From positions 1 through 48,070 of IMG/VR virus record IMGVR_UViG_3300006129_000002: a DNA stretch of 48,070 nt; one strand, given 5' to 3'. The position numbers and the translations under genes were made by a program. This document shows positions 18,706 to 27,865 of the stretch, one piece after another. The DNA comes from a virus (lineage: Duplodnaviria > Caudoviricetes). The notes beneath the pieces are model-generated. The model saw only the letters and a program-made list of their open reading frames with translations. It was not told the DNA's origin and searched no databases. The number at the start of each line of letters is the position of its first letter. Within the stretch, counting starts at the first letter, position 1.

Positions 18706-20343
18706 ATGGCGCTTCGTCCCTACCAACTGACGCTGAAAAATGACGTTTATCAGGCGTGGAACCAGGGCGCGAAAAATGTCCTGATGCGTCTCGATACGGG
18801 CGGCGGGAAGACCGTGATCTTGTCCGAAATAGCGACGGAAGTCCCCGGCCCGTGGGCGATCATCGCTCACCGTCATGAGCTTGTCGGACAATTGTCCATC
18901 GCGCTTGCCCGTAACGGCGTCCATCACGACCTGATCGCCAGCGAGACGACCATTCGCGCTATCGTGGCCGACCATGTGGCGCTCTTCGGGCGCTCATTCT
19001 ACCGGCCAGGTGCGCCGGCGCGGGTGGCGTCGGTCGATACCTTGGTCAAACGCAAAGACCTCGGGCCATGGGCGAGCCAGGTGCGCGGCTGGATCACGGA
19101 CGAAGGGCATCACGTCGTGGACGGCAACAAATGGCATACCGCTTTGCAGATGTTCACGCATCAGGATTGTCGCGGGCTCTTGCCGACCGCCACGCCAGGC
19201 CGGGCCGATGGGAAGGGCCTTGGGCGTCACGCGGACGGTGTGGCGGATGTCATGGTCCAAGGGCCGCCGATGCGCTGGCTTATCGAACAGGGCTTCCTGA
19301 CCGACTACCGGATCATTTGCGCGACTACCGACATGCAATTGCTTGAGGAACAGGCGAGTGCGTCGGGAGACTGGTCAACGGCCACGCTTCGCAAAGCGGC
19401 TCGGGAAAGCTCTATCGTGGGCGACGTGGTCAAGTCCTATTTGCGATGGGGCGCGGGGCGGCTTGGCGTGACCTTTGCGCCCGACACGGAGACGGCGGCG
19501 GAGATAACGCAAGCCTACCAGGCGGCGGGCGTGGCGGCGGGCCTTGTGACCGGCAAGACCGATCCGACATTCCGGCGGCAGATCATCCGCAACTTCTCCG
19601 AACGGCGCATCAATCAGCTAGTCGTGGTGGACATCGTCAGCGAGGGCTTCGACCTTCCGGCTATCGAGGTGGCCAGCTTCGCGCGCAAGACGCTGTCGCT
19701 CGCAACCTACATGCAGCAATTCGGCCGCGCATTGCGCATCCTTGAAGGCAAAGATCGTGCAACCATCATCGACCACGTCGGAAATTTCCTCTTCCACGGA
19801 CCGCCCGACCGGGAACGGCCATGGACCCTGGACGCCCGCGCCGGGCGCTCAGAGCGACCTGATGACGAAATTCCGCTATCCGTATGCCTACACTGTTACG
19901 CTCCCTATGAGCGCTTTTATCGGTCCTGTCCTCATTGTGGGTTGTCTCCCCCGCCTCCCGTGGGTCGCTCCGCCCCGGCCATGGTAGACGGCGACCTGAT
20001 GGAGCTCGACGCCGAAACCCTGGCCGCACTCCGCGGCGCGGTGGTCGAAGCCAATTTGTCGGTTGACGAATACCGGCACAAGATCGCCGCGACCGGGCTG
20101 CACACAATAGGCGTCATGACCAACGTCAAGCGCCATGCCGAAAAGCTCGAATTGCGCGACCGGCTTCGGGACGCGATGGAGCGACGCGGCGGCGTGCTCA
20201 AGGCGCGCGGGCTCACCGATGCGGAGATGCAGCGCGAATTTTACCTACGGTTCGGGGTCACGGTGCTCGAAGCTTTCACCCTCAACCGGGCGGATACGGA
20301 AAAGCTATTGACTAAGGTTGACGGCGCGGTCAATCTCACATGA
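18706..20343 (+). CDS. Superfamily 2 (DEAD/DEAH-like) helicase with C-terminal Zn ribbon
   Basis: LRPYQ, TGGGKT, DEGHH, TATP, EGFDLP, QQFGRALR, CLHC...CPHC. Confidence 0.92.
   Translation: MALRPYQLTLKNDVYQAWNQGAKNVLMRLDTGGGKTVILSEIATEVPGPWAIIAHRHELVGQLSIALARNGVHHDLIASETTIRAIVADHVALFGRSFYRPGAPARVASVDTLVKRKDLGPWASQVRGWITDEGHHVVDGNKWHTALQMFTHQDCRGLLPTATPGRADGKGLGRHADGVADVMVQGPPMRWLIEQGFLTDYRIICATTDMQLLEEQASASGDWSTATLRKAARESSIVGDVVKSYLRWGAGRLGVTFAPDTETAAEITQAYQAAGVAAGLVTGKTDPTFRRQIIRNFSERRINQLVVVDIVSEGFDLPAIEVASFARKTLSLATYMQQFGRALRILEGKDRATIIDHVGNFLFHGPPDRERPWTLDARAGRSERPDDEIPLSVCLHCYAPYERFYRSCPHCGLSPPPPVGRSAPAMVDGDLMELDAETLAALRGAVVEANLSVDEYRHKIAATGLHTIGVMTNVKRHAEKLELRDRLRDAMERRGGVLKARGLTDAEMQREFYLRFGVTVLEAFTLNRADTEKLLTKVDGAVNLT
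20318..20333. promoter_or_regulatory. Palindromic operator copy
   Basis: TTGACG-GCGC-GGTCAA just upstream of the wHTH gene. Confidence 0.55.
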
Positions 20344-20753
20344 TGACACGCGAAGACGCCCTATTAGCCCGGATCGCAGAGCTCGAAGCGGAGCTCGCCG
20401 AATGGCGCGCTTATGACGCCCAAGAGCGGCGCGAGCGTGACGACGTGGACCTGCTCCACCGTTTGAAAAAACGCCTCGGGTTGCGTCCGACGCCGGCCAG
20501 GATTGCGCTGATGCTCTATGAGGCGAATGGCCAGCCGGTTCATTCGGAGAAACTTCGGATCAACCGACTCAAGCCCGGCAAAAATATGCCCGACGATACG
20601 CGGATGAGCGAAGACAAGAATGTTTCGGTGGCAATTGTCCACACTCGCCGGGTTTTGGGCAGCTCCGCGATAGAAACCGTATGGGGCTATGGATACAAAA
20701 TGTCGCCCCTGGGGCTGGAAAAGATGAAAGGGGCGCTTGGGGATGAACGCTAA
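20340..20753 (+). CDS. OmpR/CtrA-like winged-helix DNA-binding protein lacking a receiver domain
   Basis: N-term coiled coil; C-term NVSVAIVHTRRVLG...IETVWGYGY. Confidence 0.75.
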   Translation: MMTREDALLARIAELEAELAEWRAYDAQERRERDDVDLLHRLKKRLGLRPTPARIALMLYEANGQPVHSEKLRINRLKPGKNMPDDTRMSEDKNVSVAIVHTRRVLGSSAIETVWGYGYKMSPLGLEKMKGALGDER

Positions 20754-21153
20754 ACAGCATTGGGACAAGATAGAGCGACAAGCGCTTCAATCTTTCCATA
20801 GCGGCAAAGAGGGCATCCGGGACGGAGGCTTTCTCTACGCCTATCACCGTGAGCGGCTTTACGACACGAACACTTCGCTACATTGGGTCACGTGCGCCCG
20901 CGTGATCATGTGGCACGCGCTGATTGAAGAGGACCGCACCGATCCGAAATTGGCGTTGCGCATCGGCCGGATATGGGCGCGGTGCAATGACCGGGTATTG
21001 CCGAAGCTGACGCGGGAAGGATATGAGCATTATCAAATTTATGACGCGGAAGAATTGCCGGGCTCTTTTACTTTTCGCACACGAAATCAATCCGGACTTG
21101 AATACATTTATTGTCAAGGCATTGTCGTATGGAGTCGGCTATGCGTCGGCTGA
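20743..21153 (+). CDS. Hypothetical protein
   Basis: ORF overlapping both neighbours in the operon. Confidence 0.6.
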   Translation: MNAKQHWDKIERQALQSFHSGKEGIRDGGFLYAYHRERLYDTNTSLHWVTCARVIMWHALIEEDRTDPKLALRIGRIWARCNDRVLPKLTREGYEHYQIYDAEELPGSFTFRTRNQSGLEYIYCQGIVVWSRLCVG

Positions 21154-21491
21154 TTGTTTGCGGTGGTCGGGCTTTCTTTCAACGCGACATTGTTGACGAA
21201 GCTCTGGATTATTTCCTTCGCGCCTACGGGGTCTTTGAGATCGTGGAGGGCGGTGCGACGGGAGCCGACACGCTGGCGCGGCAATGGGCGCGACGCAACG
21301 GCATATCCGTCATGACGATCCCGGCGCAATGGGCCAAATATGGCCGCGCCGCCGGCCCGTTGCGCAATGAGGCGATGGCCAAGCTCCCCGGCGTGACCGA
21401 CGTCCTGGCGTTTCCCGGCGGCACGGGCACGCAGAACATGATTGAAGTGGCCACCGTTGCGGGGCTGCATGTGTGGAGGGCCAGGGCATGA
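21141..21491 (+). CDS. YspA/DUF2493-like SLOG family protein
   Basis: RLIVCGGR, IVEGGATGADTLARQWA, GRAAGPLRNEAM, AFPGGTGTQNM. Confidence 0.85.
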   Translation: MRRLIVCGGRAFFQRDIVDEALDYFLRAYGVFEIVEGGATGADTLARQWARRNGISVMTIPAQWAKYGRAAGPLRNEAMAKLPGVTDVLAFPGGTGTQNMIEVATVAGLHVWRARA

Positions 21492-21799
21492 CCCGGCGAG
21501 AACAAATTGCGCGGATATTGGCCGAACACTATTTCGAATTGCTAGAGATGACGATCAGGGCCGGGTCAACGTGGGCTCAACTCTGCAAATTTTGGTCCGT
21601 AAATATGCGCATGGTGCAAGACGCTTATGACAAGGCGGACGAAATCCTTGCCGTTGCTTGTTCGCCTGTCGATAACAACGAAATCGATACTGTCTGCGAT
21701 ATTCTCAACGCTCGCGACTGGTATATTGACGCGCCCGACGTAGTCACCGATCTATCGGAAGCCGTTGACGACTTATTGAAGCGGAGGGCCACGACGTGA
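21488..21799 (+). CDS. Hypothetical protein
   Basis: ATGA overlap with the upstream gene; GGAGGG SD. Confidence 0.6.
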   Translation: MTRREQIARILAEHYFELLEMTIRAGSTWAQLCKFWSVNMRMVQDAYDKADEILAVACSPVDNNEIDTVCDILNARDWYIDAPDVVTDLSEAVDDLLKRRATT

Positions 21800-22263
21800 A
21801 CCTGACTGAATGGGCGATACGCCACGGCGTGAGCGCGGCGGCCCTGGCTGATCTCCGCGCCGGCCTCGGGCTCGATGCGTTGCCCGTCGATACCGGGCAC
21901 TCGGAAAGCTATGTGCAAACGTCGGTGCGGCTGGAGGCTGTCGGCAAAGGCGTGACCCTCTGGCGCAACAATGTGGGCGTGCTCGAAGACGTGACCGGGC
22001 GGCCCGTGCGCTACGGCCTGGCCAATGACTCCAAGGCGCTCAACATGCGGCTTAAGTCCGCGGACCTGATCGGTTGGCGGCCCATCGTGATCACGCCCAA
22101 GCTGATCGGCGTCACCATCGCGCAATTCGTCTCCCGCGAGTGCAAGCCGGCTGGCTGGCGCTACTCAGGCACGGACCGCGAGCGCGCACAGTTGGCCTGG
22201 GCTTCACTGGTTGCCGCATCGGGCGGCGACGCTAGGTTTGCAACTAGACCCGGAACGTTATAA
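21796..22263 (+). CDS. VRR-NUC-like nuclease (putative resolvase)
   Basis: SESYVQ, LWRNNVG, KSADLIG, SRECK, Q..WASLV..SGG. Confidence 0.8.
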   Translation: MNLTEWAIRHGVSAAALADLRAGLGLDALPVDTGHSESYVQTSVRLEAVGKGVTLWRNNVGVLEDVTGRPVRYGLANDSKALNMRLKSADLIGWRPIVITPKLIGVTIAQFVSRECKPAGWRYSGTDRERAQLAWASLVAASGGDARFATRPGTL

Positions 22264-22281
22264 CTATGACGACCCCGTCAA
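22238..22281 (+). promoter_or_regulatory. Promoter and operator of the TetR-like gene
   Basis: TTGCAA...TATAACT followed by ATGACG-ACCC-CGTCAA (22266-22281), then the AGGAGG SD. Confidence 0.55.
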
Positions 22282-22298
22282 AGCCAGGAGGGCGAAAG

Positions 22299-22604
22299 TT
22301 GACACGCGAAGAGATGCTTAAGGCGAACCGGGCGGCGCGAGATAGGCGCGTGCTGGCCGCCGCGGTGACATGCGCGCAAAGATGCGGGCTGTTCGGAATG
22401 ACCAGGGCCGACATTGCAGTGGAAGCCGGCGTATCCGTCGGCACTGTCTCCGGGGCCTTTGACGGCATGGAGGCGCTTCGCGAGCGGGTCTTGCGTCATG
22501 CGATCACTCATGAGACGCTTCCGATCCTGGCCGACGCGCTGGCCAATCGCCACCCCGTCGCCCAAGCCCTTCCCCCGGAGCTCAAGGCTCGCGCCGTAGC
22601 CTAA
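22299..22604 (+). CDS. TetR-like HTH transcriptional regulator
   Basis: TTG start 7 nt after AGGAGG (the ORF track starts at 22266). GMTRADIAVEAGVSVGTVSGAFDGMEAL. Confidence 0.75.
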   Translation: MTREEMLKANRAARDRRVLAAAVTCAQRCGLFGMTRADIAVEAGVSVGTVSGAFDGMEALRERVLRHAITHETLPILADALANRHPVAQALPPELKARAVA

Positions 22605-22616
22605 AGGGCTCACCGC

Positions 22617-25013
22617 ATGGATGCGTTACCGCCAGCACTCCGCGCCATCGCGGGGAGTGAACAATTCGTCACGTGGGTAGCTCTGCCCAACCCGGAACAG
22701 CCGGGCAAATTCTCTAAATTCCCCTGCAACTGGCAGACGGGGGACATCGTCAACGCGCACGACCCGGCCAATTGGACGAATGCCGGCGTTGCTTGCGCCA
22801 CGCACGCGCTGCACTCGCGCGGCTATGGGACCGGCGTCGGCTTTGTGCTCACCGAGGCGGACCCATTCTTTTTCCTCGACATCGACGGCGCGCTTCGATC
22901 CGACAACCAATGGAGCGCGCTCGCGACGCAGCTTTGCGCTTCGTTCCCTGGCGCATATGTCGAAGTGAGCCATAGCGGCAAGGGGCTGCACATCATGGGC
23001 CGCGGCGTGATCCCCGCCGGCCTGTCCACGCGCAACAAGGAGCTTGGTTTAGAATTATACGATAAGCTCCGTTTTGTGGCGCTGACCGGATACGCGGCGC
23101 AAGGCGACATAGGACTAGACTTCCAGCCTCAACTTGACGCCCTGGCTCCCCACTATTTCACCCCCGCCGTCTCCGTCCAGCGCGGCGAGTGGACCACGGA
23201 GCCCGTGGCGGAATGGGCCGGCCCGGAAGACGATGGCGATCTAGTGCGCCTGGCGCTCATGGCGAGCGACAAGAGCGCGGCGGGGGCCTTCGGCGGCAAG
23301 ATGACATTCCGCCAGCTATGGCAAGGCGACGTTCCCGAGGACATGCGCTCCGAAGCCGACCAGACGCTTGCCAACCACCTCGCATTCTGGACCGGCAAGA
23401 ATTGTGAGCGCATGGAGCGGCTGATGCGCGGCTCGGGCCTGTTGCGGGCCAAATGGGACGCGCCTGGCCACCGTGATTATCTTGAGCGGACCATCCGCAA
23501 CGCCATCGGCTTCGTCGCTCAAGTGGCCACGGGGTCACGCAAGCAGGTTGCGGCGGTGGTGACTGGCGATCCAACCGACCCTGACGATAAGAGCGCGGCG
23601 ACGCTTCGGCCCCTGGCGCTGGAGTTTCTGGACCCGGTCGCACAGATTAAGCATTTCGAAGGATGCGCGTTCGTCATTGACGAGACGGAAATCTACTCGA
23701 CGCAGCACAACCAGCTTTTCAACAAGGCGCAATTCGACGTGGTCTTCGGCGGCCATATGTTCCTGATGGACCCCAACGGGCAAAAGAAGGTCGACAGCGC
23801 GTTCGACGCTTTCACCAAGTCCCGCGTCAACGTCCCGACCATAGCCGACAGCACGTGCTTCCGGCCCGAACATCCGCCCGGCGCGATCATCCGCGAGGGC
23901 AAATGGAAACTGGTCAATACCTACAGCCCGCATGAATACGAGACGGCAGAGGGCGATGTCTCGCGCATCTTTGGGCCTGACGGGCTCATGGCTCGCCAAC
24001 TGCCTGACCCTAGAGATCGCGCGATCCTGACCAATTACCTGGCGTATTGCGCTCAGAACATAGGGCACAAAGCGCAATGGTGGCCCGTGCTGCAAGGCAC
24101 CAAGGGCAACGGTAAGACCTTCTGGGCGAGAGCTCTGCGACACATCCACGGCCCGGTCTATACTCACGTCCCCAACGTGGCCGCGCTCGCCAAAGACGGC
24201 ATGAAGTTCAATTCGTGGGTCGAGCGTCACACGCTCCTGATTTTCGAGGAAGTCGCCCTGTCACATCGGCGGGAATTCATGGAAGAGATGAAACCGCTAA
24301 TCACAAACGAAATGCTGGCCATCGAGCGCAAGGGCGTCGATCAGAAGACCACCGACAACCGATGCAATGGATTCATCTGCACCAATTTCCGCGACGGCGT
24401 CCCGGTCGATGATGATGAGCGACGCTATGCGGTCTTTTTCACCGCGCAACAAATGTCGAGCGATATTCTCCATTGGCGGATGGACGGCAATTATTTCCCC
24501 GATCTCTATGACTGGTTTCGCGGGCATGGGGCCTATCACGGGCAAACGCCAGGGGCGCACATGATCGCCCATTTCCTACGACACTTCGCGATGGATGACG
24601 CTCTGAACCCCGCCAAGGGCGCGGCCCGTGCGCCGGCCACCAGCAGCACGCGCGCCGCCGTAGAAGCTTCCCTCGGGCGTGCAGAGCAAGAGGTGCTGGA
24701 AGCCATAGGGGAGGGCCGGCCGGGCTTCTGTGGCGGATGGGTATCGTCACGCTATCTAGACACGCTCATGGACGTGATCCGCGCGCCTGTGCCGCGCAAC
24801 AAACGCCGCGAGATGATGCAGCGCCTCGGATACGATTGGCATCCGGCGCTCGACCAGGGCCGCACAATCCGGCCCGTCATGCCCGACAACGCCAAGCCGC
24901 GGCTCTACATCAAAACCGGCCATCTGGCGCTAAATCTCCAAGGGGCGAAGGCTGTCGAGGACGCATACACGAAGGCGAACACGGTTGACCGTGCCGTCAA
25001 TCTCAATCTATAA
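22617..25013 (+). CDS. Primase-helicase (AEP-like N-term, SF3-type helicase C-term)
   Basis: FFFLDID, EVSHSGKGLH, RSEAD..LA..LAFW, Walker A GTKGNGKT, LIFEE, CTN, DERRY. Confidence 0.88.
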   Translation: MDALPPALRAIAGSEQFVTWVALPNPEQPGKFSKFPCNWQTGDIVNAHDPANWTNAGVACATHALHSRGYGTGVGFVLTEADPFFFLDIDGALRSDNQWSALATQLCASFPGAYVEVSHSGKGLHIMGRGVIPAGLSTRNKELGLELYDKLRFVALTGYAAQGDIGLDFQPQLDALAPHYFTPAVSVQRGEWTTEPVAEWAGPEDDGDLVRLALMASDKSAAGAFGGKMTFRQLWQGDVPEDMRSEADQTLANHLAFWTGKNCERMERLMRGSGLLRAKWDAPGHRDYLERTIRNAIGFVAQVATGSRKQVAAVVTGDPTDPDDKSAATLRPLALEFLDPVAQIKHFEGCAFVIDETEIYSTQHNQLFNKAQFDVVFGGHMFLMDPNGQKKVDSAFDAFTKSRVNVPTIADSTCFRPEHPPGAIIREGKWKLVNTYSPHEYETAEGDVSRIFGPDGLMARQLPDPRDRAILTNYLAYCAQNIGHKAQWWPVLQGTKGNGKTFWARALRHIHGPVYTHVPNVAALAKDGMKFNSWVERHTLLIFEEVALSHRREFMEEMKPLITNEMLAIERKGVDQKTTDNRCNGFICTNFRDGVPVDDDERRYAVFFTAQQMSSDILHWRMDGNYFPDLYDWFRGHGAYHGQTPGAHMIAHFLRHFAMDDALNPAKGAARAPATSSTRAAVEASLGRAEQEVLEAIGEGRPGFCGGWVSSRYLDTLMDVIRAPVPRNKRREMMQRLGYDWHPALDQGRTIRPVMPDNAKPRLYIKTGHLALNLQGAKAVEDAYTKANTVDRAVNLNL

Positions 25014-25014
25014 T
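24985..25014 (+). promoter_or_regulatory. Operator/promoter at the end of the primase gene
   Basis: TTGACC-GTGC-CGTCAA; TTGACC-N18-TATAAT. Confidence 0.55.
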
Positions 25015-25046
25015 TATGGGGAAATTACAGCAAGGGAGCTATAATT

Positions 25047-25151
25047 ATGGAATATCGCTCGGAATACCGAATTTGGCGCGACGAAATTATGGAAGGGCCG
25101 AAACGATTATCTATAATTCGTAAGCTATTGAATTGGTTGATGAAAATATAA
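25047..25151 (+). CDS. 34-aa small ORF (MEYRSEYRIWRDEIMEGPKRLSIIRKLLNWLMKI)
   Basis: GGGAG SD and an upstream promoter-like element; too short for the ORF track. Confidence 0.45.
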   Translation: MEYRSEYRIWRDEIMEGPKRLSIIRKLLNWLMKI

Positions 25152-25152
25152 T

Positions 25153-25484
25153 CCCCGTATCTCCCCGTATGGCCAACCATACGGGGATTTTTATTGTTCA
25201 ATGTTTTCAATGTGATATGCGTATATTTTCCCCGTATGAATCGTCAGGGGTATTATACGGGGAAACGTTGCCGCATAAGGGTTTGCGGCCCCTCAAAATG
25301 GCTCGACCGTCAGAATTACACAGGCACATGCAGGCGTGCGTGCGCGCGTGTGCGCACATACACCCGCCCGTGAGATACACCCTGACGGAATCAGGTTGTA
25401 TTTTCTCGCAAAGCCTTGTGGAATAACGTTTCCCCGTATTTTACCCCGTATCGATTCCCGTATCGATTCTGACGTGGCCCGTAT
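25153..25484. repeat. Iteron-like (C)CCCGTAT repeat cluster: putative replication origin or pac region
   Basis: Direct copies at 25153, 25163, 25230, 25432, 25444, 25457, 25478; inverted at 25179 and 25255. AT-rich non-coding region between primase and terS. Confidence 0.65.
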
Positions 25485-25527
25485 GAATCGTTCGGGCAAT
25501 TGTGGCAAACATGATTCAGGGTTGTAT

Positions 25528-25556
25528 TTGACCGTGACCCCTTTGAGGGCTATTGT
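25528..25556 (+). promoter_or_regulatory. Putative promoter for a leaderless terS transcript
   Basis: TTGACC-N17-TATTGT ending 6 nt before ATG 25563; no SD. Confidence 0.55.
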
Positions 25557-25562
25557 CAAGCC

Positions 25563-26303
25563 ATGGCCCTGACACATGCCCGTGAGAAATTTGCGCAGCA
25601 CTACGCCGCCAATCAGAATTTGAGCGGGGCCTATCGCTATGCCTACCGCGTGACCCCCGGCACGAAATCCGCGTCGATTCAGAACCAGGCGCGCAAGCTG
25701 TTAAACGATCCGGACATCAAAGCTCGGGTCGAGGAATTGGTTCAAGCCGCGGCTATCGAGTTTTCGCCTGACGTCCCGTTCGCCCGCATCTGCAATTTTC
25801 TGGAACAGCGCATCTTTGCCGATCCGGCGGAGCTCACCGCGGTGCGCGTCGGCTGTTGCCGATACTGCTGGGGTGAGGATCATAAATTCCAGTGGCGCGA
25901 GCGTGAATTTATTCAGCGCTGCGATGAAGCCGAACGCCTCTCCGTGCCGCTTCCCGATTTTGGCGGCGGCTTCGGTTTCGAGGCGCATCGGGAGCCAAAC
26001 GAGGATTGCCCGGAATGTGGCGGCGAGGGTCAGCCCCGCACGCACCTTGCGCCGACGGATGGATTGTCGCCGCAGGGCCGCGCGCTCTTTGCCGGCGTCA
26101 AGCAGACGCAACACGGCATCGAGGTCCAGACGCACGACCAGCTAAAGGCGCTCGACCTGTATTGCCAAATTCGGGGGCTGAAGGACGGCAAGCTGTCTGT
26201 CTCGGGCGTGCTCGACGTCGTGTCGCGCCAGGTGACGTTGCCGGCTAACGATCCGGCCGAAGCCGAACGCATCTACCGCGAAATGGCCACGGGGCGGGCT
26301 TGA
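25563..26303 (+). CDS. terS: Terminase small subunit
   Basis: N-term HTH (EKFAQHY...AYRYAY...ARKLL), CCRYCWG...CPECGGEG Zn module, GVKQTQHGIEV. Confidence 0.8.
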   Translation: MALTHAREKFAQHYAANQNLSGAYRYAYRVTPGTKSASIQNQARKLLNDPDIKARVEELVQAAAIEFSPDVPFARICNFLEQRIFADPAELTAVRVGCCRYCWGEDHKFQWREREFIQRCDEAERLSVPLPDFGGGFGFEAHREPNEDCPECGGEGQPRTHLAPTDGLSPQGRALFAGVKQTQHGIEVQTHDQLKALDLYCQIRGLKDGKLSVSGVLDVVSRQVTLPANDPAEAERIYREMATGRA

Positions 26304-26454
26304 CGCAAGTGCGGGCTTGTGTGCGTATATCCCGACCCTTTTGCGCTGGACCTGTCGCCCCATGAACGCCGCCACGCCTCGCATCGACGCCCTTTGCAAC
26401 TCGCAAGAAAATACTCCATATTCGGGGCACTTGAAGGTTGTGGGGGGTATCGAC

Positions 26455-26793
26455 GTGTCTGACGTGCCATCTGTTCGGGCGAATGACGCGGCCCTCGAAT
26501 TGCTTCGAGAAATGGCCGGCGAGCTTCGTGTTGTTCGGGCGGACATCACTGAAGCCAAGATCAAACTTGCGCGCATTGACGGTCAGGATCACGCTAAGCA
26601 GATCGAGGACGTGCGCGACCGGCTGGACGAGATGGGACGGCACGTTGACGACATTCGGGGGCGCATCGCCGTGCTCGAAACCGAACGCAAGCCCGGTCGC
26701 TGGCTCGCTGGCGAGAGCGTCAAGTTTCTTCTGCAACTCGCCGCCGGCGCTGGCGTCCTGGCCGTCGGCGTCGCTTTGGGGCATTCGAAATGA
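26455..26793 (+). CDS. Coiled-coil protein with C-terminal TM helix (lysis cassette)
   Basis: GTG after GGGGG SD; heptad repeats and a hydrophobic C-terminus. Confidence 0.55.
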   Translation: MSDVPSVRANDAALELLREMAGELRVVRADITEAKIKLARIDGQDHAKQIEDVRDRLDEMGRHVDDIRGRIAVLETERKPGRWLAGESVKFLLQLAAGAGVLAVGVALGHSK

Positions 26794-27071
26794 CCGACTT
26801 CACGCCACCGTCGCCGCCCCCTGTCCCGGACATCGTCGAACAAATTTTGGGCGCTGTCGCTCGCCACGGGCTTACTACCGTCGCGGGCTTCCTTGCGTCA
26901 AACGGGCTGTTGACCAAGGATCAGACCGGCGAGTTTATCCAACTCGGGCTGGCCCTGACGCTTGGGCTTTCCGGGCTCGCATGGTCCTGGCTCCAAAAAG
27001 GTCACGCGCACCTTGCGCTTCTTCAGGCGATTCATTGCGAACCGCCCGGCAAGATCACCAATGGACAATGA
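26790..27071 (+). CDS. Putative holin (2 TM)
   Basis: ILGAVARHGLTTVAGFLASNG...LGLALTLGLSGLAWSW; directly upstream of the hydrolase. Confidence 0.65.
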   Translation: MTDFTPPSPPPVPDIVEQILGAVARHGLTTVAGFLASNGLLTKDQTGEFIQLGLALTLGLSGLAWSWLQKGHAHLALLQAIHCEPPGKITNGQ

Positions 27072-27534
27072 GACGGCCCTTGCCGCCGTCATTGCGGACG
27101 AGGCGAGCAATCAGCCCCACGTCGGCAAAGTAGCTGTCGGGCGCGTGATCCAGAACCGGACGCGCCTTCACTTCATGAGCGACGGCACGATCATGGGGAC
27201 GATCCTTCAACCCATGCAATTCTCGGGCCTGTGGTGCGACTTCACAAATGGCCATTATGGCCGGGTCATTTTCACGCACGACGCCGCAGCGGCTCGCCTG
27301 GCGTCCAAGGCGACCAACTACGCCAAGTCTCCGGGCAACTGGATGGACTGCCTCCTAGCCGCACGCCAGGCGCTTGGCGAAGCGTCCTTCGTCACCAACG
27401 AGCCGGGCTATGCGTCCCTCACTGACGAGACGGTCAATTATCTCAATCCGAAGGTGGTTCACCCCTTGCCAGCGTGGGCCAGCGCGGACAAGCTCGACGC
27501 GGTCATCTATGACCATAGCTTCTATCATCGATAG
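27061..27534 (+). CDS. Endolysin, SleB/Hydrolase_2 cell wall hydrolase
   Basis: LAAVIADEASNQ..GKVAVGRVIQNR, ILQPMQFS, YLNP, W, IYDHSFY. Confidence 0.82.
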   Translation: MDNETALAAVIADEASNQPHVGKVAVGRVIQNRTRLHFMSDGTIMGTILQPMQFSGLWCDFTNGHYGRVIFTHDAAAARLASKATNYAKSPGNWMDCLLAARQALGEASFVTNEPGYASLTDETVNYLNPKVVHPLPAWASADKLDAVIYDHSFYHR

Positions 27535-27544
27535 GATCGTCAAC

Positions 27545-27865
27545 ATGAAACGGATGCTAGTCGCCCTCGCCATGTGCGGGGCGCTCGCGTCATGCGCCAC
27601 GGAGCCAACCACCGTGACCATCGCGCGGGCCGAATATGCTTACGAGCTCACCTACAACACCGCGGCGACCAGCTATCTGGCCGCCGTCAAGAACGGGGCG
27701 CTCACCGGAACGAGGAAAGACCAATGCCGGCAACTTCTGACCCAAGCGTATCAAACCGTTCTGGCCGCACGCGCCGCGGAAGCAGTGGGGGACAGTCCGA
27801 CGGTGGCGACCAAGGCGGCGGCCCTGGCGTCGCTTCTGTCGCAGATCGCGGAGCTATCCAAGTGA
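27545..27865 (+). CDS. Lipoprotein (spanin candidate)
   Basis: MKRMLVALAMCGALAS-C lipobox directly after the endolysin. Confidence 0.65.
   Translation: MKRMLVALAMCGALASCATEPTTVTIARAEYAYELTYNTAATSYLAAVKNGALTGTRKDQCRQLLTQAYQTVLAARAAEAVGDSPTVATKAAALASLLSQIAELSK

Noticed and set aside
25025-25601. ORFs 25025..25210, 25133..25426, 25293..25601 and 25336..25572
   Set aside because: They overlap the iteron/RY tract, lack SDs and have translated-repeat composition; the region is probably non-coding.
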